From an uncultured virus (IMG/VR IMGVR_UViG_3300032180_000385) (lineage: Duplodnaviria; Heunggongvirae; Uroviricota; Caudoviricetes), in IMG/VR virus record IMGVR_UViG_3300032180_000385, positions 1 through 64,000 of that record: a DNA stretch of 64,000 nt; one strand, written 5' to 3'. A program made the translations under genes and the position numbers. Position 1 is the first letter of the stretch. Each line of letters begins with the position of its first letter. The notes under the pieces are model-generated. The model made no database searches, was not told the origin of the DNA, and worked only from the letters and a program-made list of their open reading frames with translations. Below, in pieces: positions 1 through 8,597 of the stretch.

Positions 1-969
1 ATGGCTAAACTTCCGGCGAAGGCACTCGGAATCTACTGGCCGAGCTGGCAGGCGCCAGCCCTGTCCCGCATCCCGGCCGCGTACAACGTGGTCTACCTGT
101 TCGCGGCTGTTAACAGCGGCAGCAGCGGCGCGATCACGTGGGATCAGTCAGTGGAGAGCGCAACCCAGCTCAAGACCGACATCGCAGCTGTCCGAGCGGC
201 CGGGCGATGCGTGATGATGAGCGTGGGCGGTGGCGGGGTGCCCATCCAGCTCAGCACTACGTCGCAGGCGAACTCGTTCGTATCCAGCTTTGATCAGATT
301 TACACCGCGCTCGGCGGGGTGGACGGGGTGGACTGGGACCTGGAATCACAGGCCACTTTTACCGTGTCCGCCGTGGTCGTCGCGTCGCAGCAGCTCAAAG
401 CGAAATACGGTGCCAGCTTCGCGGTCACGTACTGCCCCGCACCATGGGACAGCACCGCTCGTGCTCTTACCGCTTCGTTGCACAGCGCTGGAGTACTAGA
501 CCTGGTATCTCCGCAGTACTACGACCTGTCCGGGCTCTCCGGCGAAACTGCCAAGATTTCCAACCTGGTATCCAGCATCGAAAACTCGTGGCTTCCGCAA
601 GTCGGCGGCGATGCCAGCAAGATCGGGTTCGGCTACGGTATCGCCAGCGTGGCAGGCGGCGAGACCATGACACAGGCGTCTGCGGTGACGTGTTGGAATA
701 CCCTGGTGGCCAAGTACCCGACGCTGCGCGGGATATTTGCGTGGGAGGCTAACGGAGACCTAGCGCAGAACTGGGCATTCGAGACAACCTTCGCACCGCT
801 CGTCATCGGAACCTCACCGCCACCGCCTCCGCCGCCCCCTCCGCCGCCGGGGACGTACACCGTCAAGACGGGGGACACGTGGTCTGGCATCGCTACCGCG
901 AACGGCCTCACGCTGACCGCTCTTATGCAGGCGAATCCGCCGGTGCCGGGGCAGGTTATCAAACTCTGA
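1..969 (+). CDS. GH18 chitinase-like glycoside hydrolase with poly-Pro linker and C-terminal LysM
   Basis: DGVDWDLE matches the GH18 catalytic DxxDxDxE motif; MSVGG and PQYY motifs; P12 linker; YTVKTGDTWSGIA LysM. Confidence 0.85.
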   Translation: MAKLPAKALGIYWPSWQAPALSRIPAAYNVVYLFAAVNSGSSGAITWDQSVESATQLKTDIAAVRAAGRCVMMSVGGGGVPIQLSTTSQANSFVSSFDQIYTALGGVDGVDWDLESQATFTVSAVVVASQQLKAKYGASFAVTYCPAPWDSTARALTASLHSAGVLDLVSPQYYDLSGLSGETAKISNLVSSIENSWLPQVGGDASKIGFGYGIASVAGGETMTQASAVTCWNTLVAKYPTLRGIFAWEANGDLAQNWAFETTFAPLVIGTSPPPPPPPPPPPGTYTVKTGDTWSGIATANGLTLTALMQANPPVPGQVIKL

Positions 970-2229
970 GTAGAGAGAAAATCGGGGGAAACATCATGAA
1001 AATGTCGCGCTGGGGTACTGTCATCCTTGAAACTACCCTGGCAGCCCTGGTTACCGGCGCAGCTTGGCAGGCAGCCAGCTCCCCCGCAGGATCTCCTCCC
1101 CAGCACGCTGTTCATCAGCCCTATCAGCAAGACTGGCTGGGTAGCCCTTGTCCTCCGACTCATCCCGACTGCCTGGTTTACCATCACGGAGGTTAACACC
1201 ATGAAAAGGTTCTTCCCGCGGCGGCAGCCATCACACGAGCATGACCTGCATGTCACCGGGATCCAGGCGCCGCACGCCCGGCTGTACTCCGTGCTGCTGT
1301 TCGGCTGCCGAACCTGCACGCACACCGAAACAGTACCGCTGGACGGCGACTGGAGCATCGAGCAGCTTGCCCGGCTGCGCAGCGATGACAACGGCAAGCT
1401 GTACGACCCCGGACCGGACCCCGCAGAAAGCACGGAGCAAGATGATGGTGCTTAAGAAGTACTTCTGCGACTGCGGGCACGCACCTGAAACGCACCAGCA
1501 CTGGCGATCCGGCACGGCGTGCGCGACCTGCTCCTGCCGCTACCTGTGCCAGCCCTGGGTCAACCCGCTCGCGCTGCTCGTCGGCCGGTGGCAGGTACGG
1601 CGGCTGACCAGGATTTCCTCTGTGGAGAAGCGGCGGATCCCTCATGGCGGATAAACCCCCGTACACCGGCCGGGACCTGGAGATGTTCAGCGCCGGGTAC
1701 ACCACTGCGCTGCGCGACATCCGGCTGATGCACGACATTCTCCGGAACGACGAACGGCTGATGAAGTGGATTTTCGCCCAGATCAAGACGCATGAGGATC
1801 TTTCCGTTACAGCCGGGCGTACCGTAGAGAGTAACGAAGGCGATGAGGCCACATGACTACCCCCGGTAAGTCCGAACATGAGTTCAGCGTCGATTTCCAG
1901 TGCCGGCACAGCGCTGAGGAGCTGCCCGACGACCGCACCCTGCACGACCGGCAGGAATCCTGGCGGGAGTTTGCCGATCACTGTTTCGATCACGATCCGC
2001 TACCCTGGCACGCGCCATCATGACCGACCACGGTACCCTTGCCGAGCAGCTTTATACGGCCTACGGTGAAAGCTCAGACTGGCTGAACTTCCAGGAGACG
2101 CGGATGCCGCCCTGGGACGAGCTGCCGGAGAAGATTCAAGACCATTGGTGTGCAGCGGCTAGGAAAGCCGTAGAATTGCTCATCCTGCCCATGTAAGCCC
2201 GTACAGCCACAACCCAGGAGGTTCCTTCC

Positions 2230-2601
2230 ATGCCTAGTTCGCCCGGACGTCCCCGTTCCGCGTCAGCCGCTGACCTTGCCGCTCTCGAGGAGCGCGTTCA
2301 GGCGCTAGAAGCCATCGTAAACGAAGCCATCGTCAACGCCGCACCCGCCGAGTGGATCACCTACGCCGCTCCGCCCGAGGCTCTCGCCCATCCGAACGGT
2401 ACCGCTCCAGTACTCCCCCAGGTTCCCGTTGACCGCATCGAGCAACTGAATGAGGACCAGCTTCGCCGGGCGCTGTGCTTCGCGGCGGAGATCGCACCGG
2501 AGGCGGTCGACCGGGCCATCGCGCTCGTGGTTCCGCAACCGTCGATCGAGGCTTTCTTCAGCCAGCCCACCGACCAGGAAGAGTTCGCGGATGAAGGATA
2601 A
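2230..2601 (+). CDS. hypothetical phage protein
   Basis: GGAGG upstream, GC-rich codon usage, overlaps the next start. Confidence 0.6.
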   Translation: MPSSPGRPRSASAADLAALEERVQALEAIVNEAIVNAAPAEWITYAAPPEALAHPNGTAPVLPQVPVDRIEQLNEDQLRRALCFAAEIAPEAVDRAIALVVPQPSIEAFFSQPTDQEEFADEG

Positions 2602-2833
2602 CGACCCCCAAAACCCGCGCGACTTCGACGTCGAGATCTGGGACACCGCCTTCACCAGTGGCAAATGGCGATCAGTTGACAGTCAAATTCGGCGGTTTTT
2701 CGCTCTCCCGCTCGACGGCCTGCTTACCAAGACAGAGGCCCAGCGGCTAGCACTAGCCTGCCCCGGACGGACCAGAATCGTACGACGGATCACCGAGGTC
2801 ATCGAAGAGCACGACCCCGCAGAAGACACCTGA
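2591..2833 (+). CDS. hypothetical protein, paralog of 58290-58556
   Basis: FDVEIW...LTKTEAQRLALAC vs YDVEWF...LTLDEAKQLARAC. Confidence 0.6.
   Translation: MKDNDPQNPRDFDVEIWDTAFTSGKWRSVDSQIRRFFALPLDGLLTKTEAQRLALACPGRTRIVRRITEVIEEHDPAEDT
2814..2829 (+). repeat. left 16-bp direct repeat ACCCCGCAGAAGACAC of the TIGR-Tas-like cassette
   Basis: identical to 5246-5261. Confidence 0.9.
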
Positions 2834-2836
2834 GCC

Positions 2837-3026
2837 GGTGGCCCGGTTCATGGGTGAAACGAGAGCCAAAAGTGCTACGGCCGGGCCGCCTTTGACAACT
2901 CCACAGACTTCCCCGCGGGTCCAAGAATGCGACGACAGCCAGAAGTCATACGGCTCGCGGGGAGACAAACGAGCGGCCCGGTCCATGGTCATGACGGTAG
3001 CCACGTAGCAGACGGCCGGGCCGCTC
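2837..3026 (+). ncRNA. TIGR-like stem-loop guide array 1 (3 units)
   Basis: each unit is a GC stem enclosing t(c/t)ca-N9-cg(a/g)nagcca-N9-cgg; spacer pairs tgggtgaaa/aaagtgcta, agaatgcga/gaagtcata, tggtcatga/cgtagcaga. Confidence 0.85.
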
Positions 3027-3049
3027 CTGAACAGAAAAGGGAAAAATAA

Positions 3050-3595
3050 ATGACAGTAAAGACTAAGGCTTTCAAGACCGCTGATGAGTATATTGCCCAG
3101 CGGCTCGACGGCGGCGTTCGTGATCCGGGCGTTATCGCGAAAGAGATGCTCGGCGATCCGGATCTGCGGAGGCTGCTCGTCGCGGTGGTGCGCTCGTACG
3201 TGTCCAACAGGATCCGCAGCCGGGTGCGGGCGATCGAGAACTCGGCCGGGCGGGGGGATGAGGTCCAGGCCCATTACGATAGCCAAAGACGCCACGGCCT
3301 CATCTCCCCCTCTGGTCGGCAAGACCCCGGTCGGCCAATCAACGCCGCTTTGCACCAGCGCGACCTTCTGGGTGAGCGCCTCTCCATCCCGAATCACGGG
3401 TACGTGCTGTACGCCGACCTGACCGTGGAGATGCTGGAACTGCGCATCGAATGGCTGGAGTCGATTAACCGCGGTAACGAACGGTCGATTCGTTACTACC
3501 GCTTGCTTATCGCGGAAATTCAGGCGGCCGGCGTGCAGACCCTGGGTGAGGCGGTAGCGGCCGGCGTCGTGCTCCGCGACGAGGGAGCCGCCTAG
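3050..3595 (+). CDS. unknown 181-aa protein between arrays 1 and 2 (candidate Tas partner)
   Basis: purine-rich RBS AAAGGGAAAAATAA-ATG; ORF exactly fills the gap between the arrays. Confidence 0.75.
   Translation: MTVKTKAFKTADEYIAQRLDGGVRDPGVIAKEMLGDPDLRRLLVAVVRSYVSNRIRSRVRAIENSAGRGDEVQAHYDSQRRHGLISPSGRQDPGRPINAALHQRDLLGERLSIPNHGYVLYADLTVEMLELRIEWLESINRGNERSIRYYRLLIAEIQAAGVQTLGEAVAAGVVLRDEGAA
3252..3309 (+). ncRNA. single TIGR-like unit embedded in frame in the 3050-3595 CDS
   Basis: ggggggatgagg-tcca-ggcccatta-cgatagcca-aagacgcca-cgg-cctcatctcccc; 12-bp stem with one G-U pair. Confidence 0.8.
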
Positions 3596-3599
3596 AGCC

Positions 3600-4046
3600 G
3601 GAGCGGTCCGGTCCATCGGGTGAACGAAAGCCATGGGTCCAGCGGCCGGGTCGCTCCTTAACAACTGAACAGACTTCCCCGCAGGTCCAAAACGCCGACG
3701 ATAGCCATCGCCGTAACGGCTCGCGGAGAACAAGAACAGCCCGGTCCAAGGTGGCCACGAAAGCCATTGAATCTACGGCCGGGCTGACAACTGAACAGAC
3801 TTCCCCGCGGGTCCATTGGTGAAACGACAGCCACACTTCGAACGGCCTGCGGGGAACAAGAACAGCCGGGTCCAACCCCTTTACGACAGCCAATCACCCT
3901 ACGGCTCGGCTGCACAACTCAATAGACTTCCCCGCGGGTCCATCAGCGTGACGATAGCCAGTGAGCGAACGGCCTGCGGGGAACTAAGACGAGCGACCCG
4001 GTCCACCGTTCCTACGATAGCCATGGCTCAAACGGCCGGGTCGCCC
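3600..4046 (+). ncRNA. TIGR-like stem-loop guide array 2 (7 units)
   Basis: spacer pairs tcgggtgaa/tgggtccag, aaacgccga/tcgccgtaa, aggtggcca/ttgaatcta, ttggtgaaa/cacttcgaa, accccttta/atcacccta, tcagcgtga/gtgagcgaa, ccgttccta/tggctcaaa. Confidence 0.88.
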
Positions 4047-4092
4047 CATAACTTAATAACCATCGTTCATGAAACAGGAAAAGGTAATCACG

Positions 4093-4905
4093 ATGAGCAG
4101 GGCATGGGGTAATATCGCTGATCTGCGGATGGCAGCCGAGACGCTGGCCGACGCGAAAAAGGCCAGGATATCCGCTGATAACCGGGTGAAGCGTGGTCGG
4201 ACAGTCGGCTGCCAGCTGGAAGCAGCGGAGATCCTCGACCCGGCGAAATTCCTGGAAGAGCAATACAAGGGCGTGCTCCTTTCTCAATATCAGGCGACGG
4301 TTCCGGAGCACATCAGGAAGTGGGCGGAATGCATTCCCGGCCTGGCCAGCGGCCCGCTGTTCGCCCGCATGCTGGGGGTGATCGGCAACCCGCGGATCGC
4401 CACCCCGTACCGCCGCGAGAAAGAAGACGGCAAGGTCATCCTCGTAGCCGACGGCAAGCCGTATGAGCGCACCGTCCGCCAGCTCTGGCAGTATTGCGGC
4501 TGCGGTGACCCGCGCACCATTCCGACCCGCAGCATACTCGGTGAGAGCCCAACCCAGGAGCAGCTGCTGAGGGGCGGCCAGCGCACCACCATGCTCCCGC
4601 TGCTGTATACGTTCAGCTCGTACCTGGTGCTGCAGCACACCCGGTCGGAGGCCGTCGCTGACAGCAAGTACTACCTCACCTATGTGGGCGCGAAGGCGGA
4701 CTGCGAGCTGCTCGGGAGGGTGCACGAGTTCGAGTGCCGGAACCGGAAGCGCCCGCCGATGGGGCCGAATGGCTGCGGTACGAGCCTGCATCCAGAATGG
4801 GGTGCGCCGGGGTCACCGTGGCGGCCAGGTCACATCAACGCGCACGCTCACCGCCTCGTGTGGAAGGCTTTTCTGAAAGACTTGTGGATTATTTCCGGAG
4901 AGTGA
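4093..4905 (+). CDS. Nop-domain / IS110 C-terminal-like RNA-binding protein without a nuclease domain (TasA-like)
   Basis: N-terminal coiled coil (KARISADNR), IPGLASGPLFARMLGVIG, TVRQLWQYCG and GHINAHAHRLVWKAFLKDLW; no DEDD/RuvC or HNH domain; RBS AGGAAAAGG before ATG 4093 (alternative start 4069). Confidence 0.8.
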   Translation: MSRAWGNIADLRMAAETLADAKKARISADNRVKRGRTVGCQLEAAEILDPAKFLEEQYKGVLLSQYQATVPEHIRKWAECIPGLASGPLFARMLGVIGNPRIATPYRREKEDGKVILVADGKPYERTVRQLWQYCGCGDPRTIPTRSILGESPTQEQLLRGGQRTTMLPLLYTFSSYLVLQHTRSEAVADSKYYLTYVGAKADCELLGRVHEFECRNRKRPPMGPNGCGTSLHPEWGAPGSPWRPGHINAHAHRLVWKAFLKDLWIISGE

Positions 4906-4913
4906 CATGAGCT

Positions 4914-5242
4914 GGGCGGCCCGGTCCAGAGCTGCAACGAAAGCCAAGATCGACACGGCCGGGCCGCCCTTTATAACTACATAAGCTTCCCCGCAGGTCC
5001 AAGCGCTCGACGATAGCCAGAAACCCAACGGCTCGCGGGGGACTAGACGGGAGTGGCTCGGTCCATCGTCATGACGATAGCCAGCCCTCGTACGGCTGGG
5101 CCGCTCCTTGACAACTACACAGATTTCCCTGCGGGTCCAAAAGGGACACGAAAGCCATGGGGAACACGGCTCGCGGGGAACAAGACGAGCGGCCCGGTCC
5201 ATTCAGGAGACGATGGCCATGGAAGGCACGGCCGGGCCGCTT
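4914..5242 (+). ncRNA. TIGR-like stem-loop guide array 3 (5 units)
   Basis: spacer pairs gagctgcaa/agatcgaca, agcgctcga/gaaacccaa, tcgtcatga/gccctcgta, aaagggaca/tggggaaca, ttcaggaga/tggaaggca. Confidence 0.88.
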
Positions 5243-5245
5243 CTT

Positions 5246-5261
5246 ACCCCGCAGAAGACAC
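5246..5261 (+). repeat. right 16-bp direct repeat ACCCCGCAGAAGACAC
   Basis: identical to 2814-2829. Confidence 0.9.
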
Positions 5262-5268
5262 GGGGCGG

Positions 5269-6120
5269 TTATGGCAGCGGGTTGTCCCACTCGCGCTCGT
5301 CGAGCAGCTGCTGCATCACCGCGGGGTTCCCAGTTGCCCCGTAGTACCGCTCGGCGAGCTTCTGCGACATCAGCGGATTTTCCTGGCCTGGCCACATCTT
5401 GACGTTTTTCCGGGCGTACACGATCGGGTGCCAGAGGTGCAGGATGTCACCTTTAAGCGTCTTGTGCTTCCCGTAGAGCGTATCGAGCGCACGCATCACA
5501 GCAACATCATCAAACCCCCAGCCCGACATGCGGCCGTCGAGTCCACCGACCCGCTCAAACGCCTCTTTAGGCAGCACGATGGCCATCGCCGCGAACCAGT
5601 GCCCGCGCCCCGGGGTGTTATCTCCGTACGGGCCGTTCTCGCTGTAGGAGCGACGCGGCGGCGGACTGGAAAAACGCAGCGGGTGAGCCGGATCTGACGA
5701 CAGCACCAGCTCGGTCGCCGTGTGCGTCATCCGGTACAGGTGCCGGTACGGAATGAGCCACAGCTTCCGGCCTTCCGCGCGAGCCTCACGGATCTCATCG
5801 GCCGCCTTAGTGATCTGAGCCCCGTACAGGTAGGCATCAGCATCCAGAACAACGTAAATGTCTCCGGTTGCCCGGCTGGCCGCGTCATTGACCGCAGCTG
5901 TTTTGGAAAATGGTACTTGACTGTTCGTGCCGACGATGATCTCCGCACCGGGTAGCTCGTGCTTCCAGTAATCGCGAAGCCAGGTCCAGCTTCGTTCCCG
6001 GTCGCTGCCCGGAGGTGCTCGGAACGGCACTAGCAGCGAGATGCCTGTACCCGGGGGAGACTGAGGCAGTGGCTTTGGCTTACGGCGAAAAAGGCGCATG
6101 ATCCAGGACAGCCAGCTCAT
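5269..6120 (-). CDS. glycosyltransferase family 2/7-like
   Basis: ISLLVPFR, FSKTAAVNDAA, DAD (DxD), GGLDGRMSGWGFDD, HLWH. Confidence 0.85.
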   Translation of the reverse strand: MSWLSWIMRLFRRKPKPLPQSPPGTGISLLVPFRAPPGSDRERSWTWLRDYWKHELPGAEIIVGTNSQVPFSKTAAVNDAASRATGDIYVVLDADAYLYGAQITKAADEIREARAEGRKLWLIPYRHLYRMTHTATELVLSSDPAHPLRFSSPPPRRSYSENGPYGDNTPGRGHWFAAMAIVLPKEAFERVGGLDGRMSGWGFDDVAVMRALDTLYGKHKTLKGDILHLWHPIVYARKNVKMWPGQENPLMSQKLAERYYGATGNPAVMQQLLDEREWDNPLP

Positions 6121-6842
6121 GTCTTCACCATCTTTCCGTAGTCCCGCATAACGTCATAGATCGCATGCTGCAAGTCCCAGACCTTGCCTTCCACCGGGCG
6201 GCCGGTCACGCCTGGCTCGAATGGCATCTCCAGCGAGGCGTGATAATCCCGCAGCTTGAACGTGCCGTGCTCGACGGGGTGCATGTTCTCCTGGGGCGGG
6301 AACTCGAACCGCCGCGGAACGCCCATCGCATCGGCGATGATCAGGCCGTGCAGCGAGCTGGTGACCAGCTTCCGGCAGGCGGAGATTTGCCGCATCACGA
6401 TGAACGGTGAAGCCAGGGGGTTCATGATCAGCGGATCATATTTCAGGAATTCCGGGCGCTGGGTCAGGTCGGGGTCGCTCCAGTGCGGCAGCAGCCCCAG
6501 CTCGTAGGCTTTCGGCATCGAGTCAATCAGCTCGGGGGCGAGCAGCGCCGGGTCCCCGGTCACGGTAGCGTCGGTGCCGGCATGCTGAGCGGTCAGCGGG
6601 CCGCGTACCGCGAGGACATTAGCCGCGAGGGGGAAGTCGTCGGTTTCCTGCAGCAGCCCGGCGCCGAGAACCGTCCCGCGCCAGGGGACCGGCATGTGGC
6701 CGAGAACGGATCCGGTAACAATGACGTCGGCGTGATCGGGAAGTGACCAGACCGGGTTGACCCCGCTAAAATGCTGGAGCAACAGTGGAGTCAGTGCGTC
6801 ACCCCAGTTGCTTGTGCCCCTCCACCAGTATGCACGAACCAT
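6117..6842 (-). CDS. polysaccharide pyruvyl transferase family protein
   Basis: NWGDAL, GSVL, AVRGPLT, GDPALL, TSSLHGLIIADAMGVP. Confidence 0.85.
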   Translation of the reverse strand: MVRAYWWRGTSNWGDALTPLLLQHFSGVNPVWSLPDHADVIVTGSVLGHMPVPWRGTVLGAGLLQETDDFPLAANVLAVRGPLTAQHAGTDATVTGDPALLAPELIDSMPKAYELGLLPHWSDPDLTQRPEFLKYDPLIMNPLASPFIVMRQISACRKLVTSSLHGLIIADAMGVPRRFEFPPQENMHPVEHGTFKLRDYHASLEMPFEPGVTGRPVEGKVWDLQHAIYDVMRDYGKMVKT

Positions 6843-7175
6843 CTGACCACCCGTCTGTTCGGCGTACCTCATACCTTAACAGCGGCGACGGCTCGCTGTC
6901 TCATGGTGTCTTAACTACGTAGGCGTTCGCGCTCGCTCGCAGACCGCCGATCCCGGTCAGGCTGCCCGACGGGGGAAGCTCGTTGCGGCTGATGCCGATG
7001 CTCTCAGCGGTCTCACCACTAGTGATCCCCCCGCCCACCGAGCCGTTGATGGTGTAAACGCCGTCAGGAGGCGCACCTGGACCTTCGGTCTGCGAGGAGA
7101 CCTGGGCCTGGCCGCCCTGGACGACGATGTGAATTGCGTAGGTCATACTGCCAGGGTACTCCGAGAGGAACGGCA

Positions 7176-7211
7176 AAGCGCCCGCTACCTGTGAGGCAAC
7201 GGGCGCTTTTT
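7176..7211. terminator. intrinsic terminator-like hairpin
   Basis: aaagcgcccg...cgggcgcttttt downstream of lsr2. Confidence 0.55.
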
Positions 7212-7231
7212 ACCCTGTGTTTTTTGCAGGG

Positions 7232-7591
7232 TCACGGACCGACGGAGAGCCGGTACTGCTCGACGACGTTGGCCGGGATCCGGCCGCGGGCCTTGATGCC
7301 GAGCTGCTGCTTCTGCGCCCACTCGCGAACCTTGGCGGTGTCGATGACGCCGCTGTCGCTGCCGCTGCCGTTGGCTGCCTTGCGGGCACTGCCGCGGATC
7401 GTCTTGCGGGCGGTTCCGGTCGCCTTGCGGGCGTGCTCGATGTACGGCGCGAGGGCCGCACGGAATTCCTTGGCGTGCGCGGCGTTCAGGTCGATCTCGT
7501 AGTCGGTGCCGTCGAGGCTGAAAGGAACGGTGCCTTCCGCGTCCCCGCCGTCGAGGTCGTCAATAAATAGGGTGGTGATCCTCTGGGCCAT
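7232..7591 (-). CDS. lsr2: Lsr2 nucleoid-associated protein
   Basis: MAQRITTLFIDDLDG...FSLDGTDYEIDL...VREWA...RGRIP. Confidence 0.93.
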   Translation of the reverse strand: MAQRITTLFIDDLDGGDAEGTVPFSLDGTDYEIDLNAAHAKEFRAALAPYIEHARKATGTARKTIRGSARKAANGSGSDSGVIDTAKVREWAQKQQLGIKARGRIPANVVEQYRLSVGP

Positions 7592-7693
7592 CGAAGTTCT
7601 CCTGATAACTGGCTGATGAGTGACTGAGATTGAAGCATATGACATCAGGAACAAGAAAGCAAAGAGCGGGAACCGGTATCCGTTTTGCGAGGA

Positions 7694-8551
7694 TCATGCC
7701 CGCCGAGTGACGGTTCCCGGACAGCCAGGTCCGTTATCGTACGCTGCCTGGGGTCGGTACAAGGGACACCAGAGACATTCAGTGGCATCCGGGGTAGCAG
7801 CGACCTGGTTGATAGTCAGGTACCCGTCTCGTATCATCTGTGCAGCAGCCTGCCGGGCAGCCATTTGGTCCAGGACTTCCGCGATCAAAATTTCATCTGC
7901 GGGAGTGCAGACATGTTCCCAGACGTACATCCCGTCTAGCGTCGAGGCAGTTCGAGGCCACGCAGCAAGGACTACTCGCGTCACCGGTAGCCCGGCTGCA
8001 CGCACGCCTGCTGCGTAGAGCAGAAGCTGGACAACGTATCGCCGGGATGGTCCTTCAACTGATTTTACTTTAGACAGCGATGTCGGGCCGAGGCACTTGT
8101 GATCTACGACACAGCGCTCAAGGGCATCGTAGAGGTCAGCATGTCCCGGATAATCTGGATGGGGAACAACCTTAGTCTCGGTAACCCATCGGAGGATGTG
8201 CTCTCGCGCGTTATCTCCTTCAAACGCGTCAGCAAGCCAGGCGTGAATAGCGGTTCCGCAGATACTAGGCCAGGGGTCCGAGACGTGGTTGGTTCGCGGG
8301 ATGCCAGCTAGCTTTCCGATCACCTGCCTGTCGCATGCAGCTCCGATTTCGCTCGGCCCGAGATGTACTTGCAGCGAACGCGGTGCACGATTTGCCTGTC
8401 GAACAACAACACCTCGCAACTCCCTAGCGTAACGACTTGCCCACTCTGAGTTTCCATCTACCCCTCGAGGCGCGGTGGCCATGTATTGCTGTGGAGAGAT
8501 GTGCTGCGGAGAAGAAGCCATGAACTCGTCAGGGCTGATACGGGGCGCCAT
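7694..8551 (-). CDS. PD-(D/E)xK (Cas4/RecB-like) exonuclease
   Basis: GPSEIG..C.R, GTAIHAWL, GHADLYD, VVDHK, QLLLYA, CLWCP. Confidence 0.8.
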   Translation of the reverse strand: MAPRISPDEFMASSPQHISPQQYMATAPRGVDGNSEWASRYARELRGVVVRQANRAPRSLQVHLGPSEIGAACDRQVIGKLAGIPRTNHVSDPWPSICGTAIHAWLADAFEGDNAREHILRWVTETKVVPHPDYPGHADLYDALERCVVDHKCLGPTSLSKVKSVEGPSRRYVVQLLLYAAGVRAAGLPVTRVVLAAWPRTASTLDGMYVWEHVCTPADEILIAEVLDQMAARQAAAQMIRDGYLTINQVAATPDATECLWCPLYRPQAAYDNGPGCPGTVTRRA

Positions 8552-8597
8552 CTCAGTAGTGTAGGTCTCATTTTCGGCCTACGCTATACTAGCTTCC

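Noticed and set aside
4093..4905. IS110 transposase
   Set aside because: lacks the N-terminal DEDD RuvC-like domain and an obvious catalytic SG motif; flanked by multi-unit arrays rather than one bridge RNA
2837..5242. CRISPR array interpretation of the repeats
   Set aside because: variable segments are only 9 nt, come in pairs inside hairpins, and there are no cas1/cas2 or effector genes
2837..5242. REP/BIME elements or tandem terminators
   Set aside because: loops have a fixed-length scaffold with two variable windows and there are no U tracts
2753..5697. ORFs overlapping the arrays (2753-3733, 3507-3893, 4813-5202, 5053-5697)
   Set aside because: translations of repeats or antisense shadows with no RBS or family motifs
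7694..8551. Cas4-like nuclease as spacer acquisition factor for the guide arrays
   Set aside because: outside the direct-repeat-bounded cassette, on the opposite strand, and such nucleases are common in actinophages
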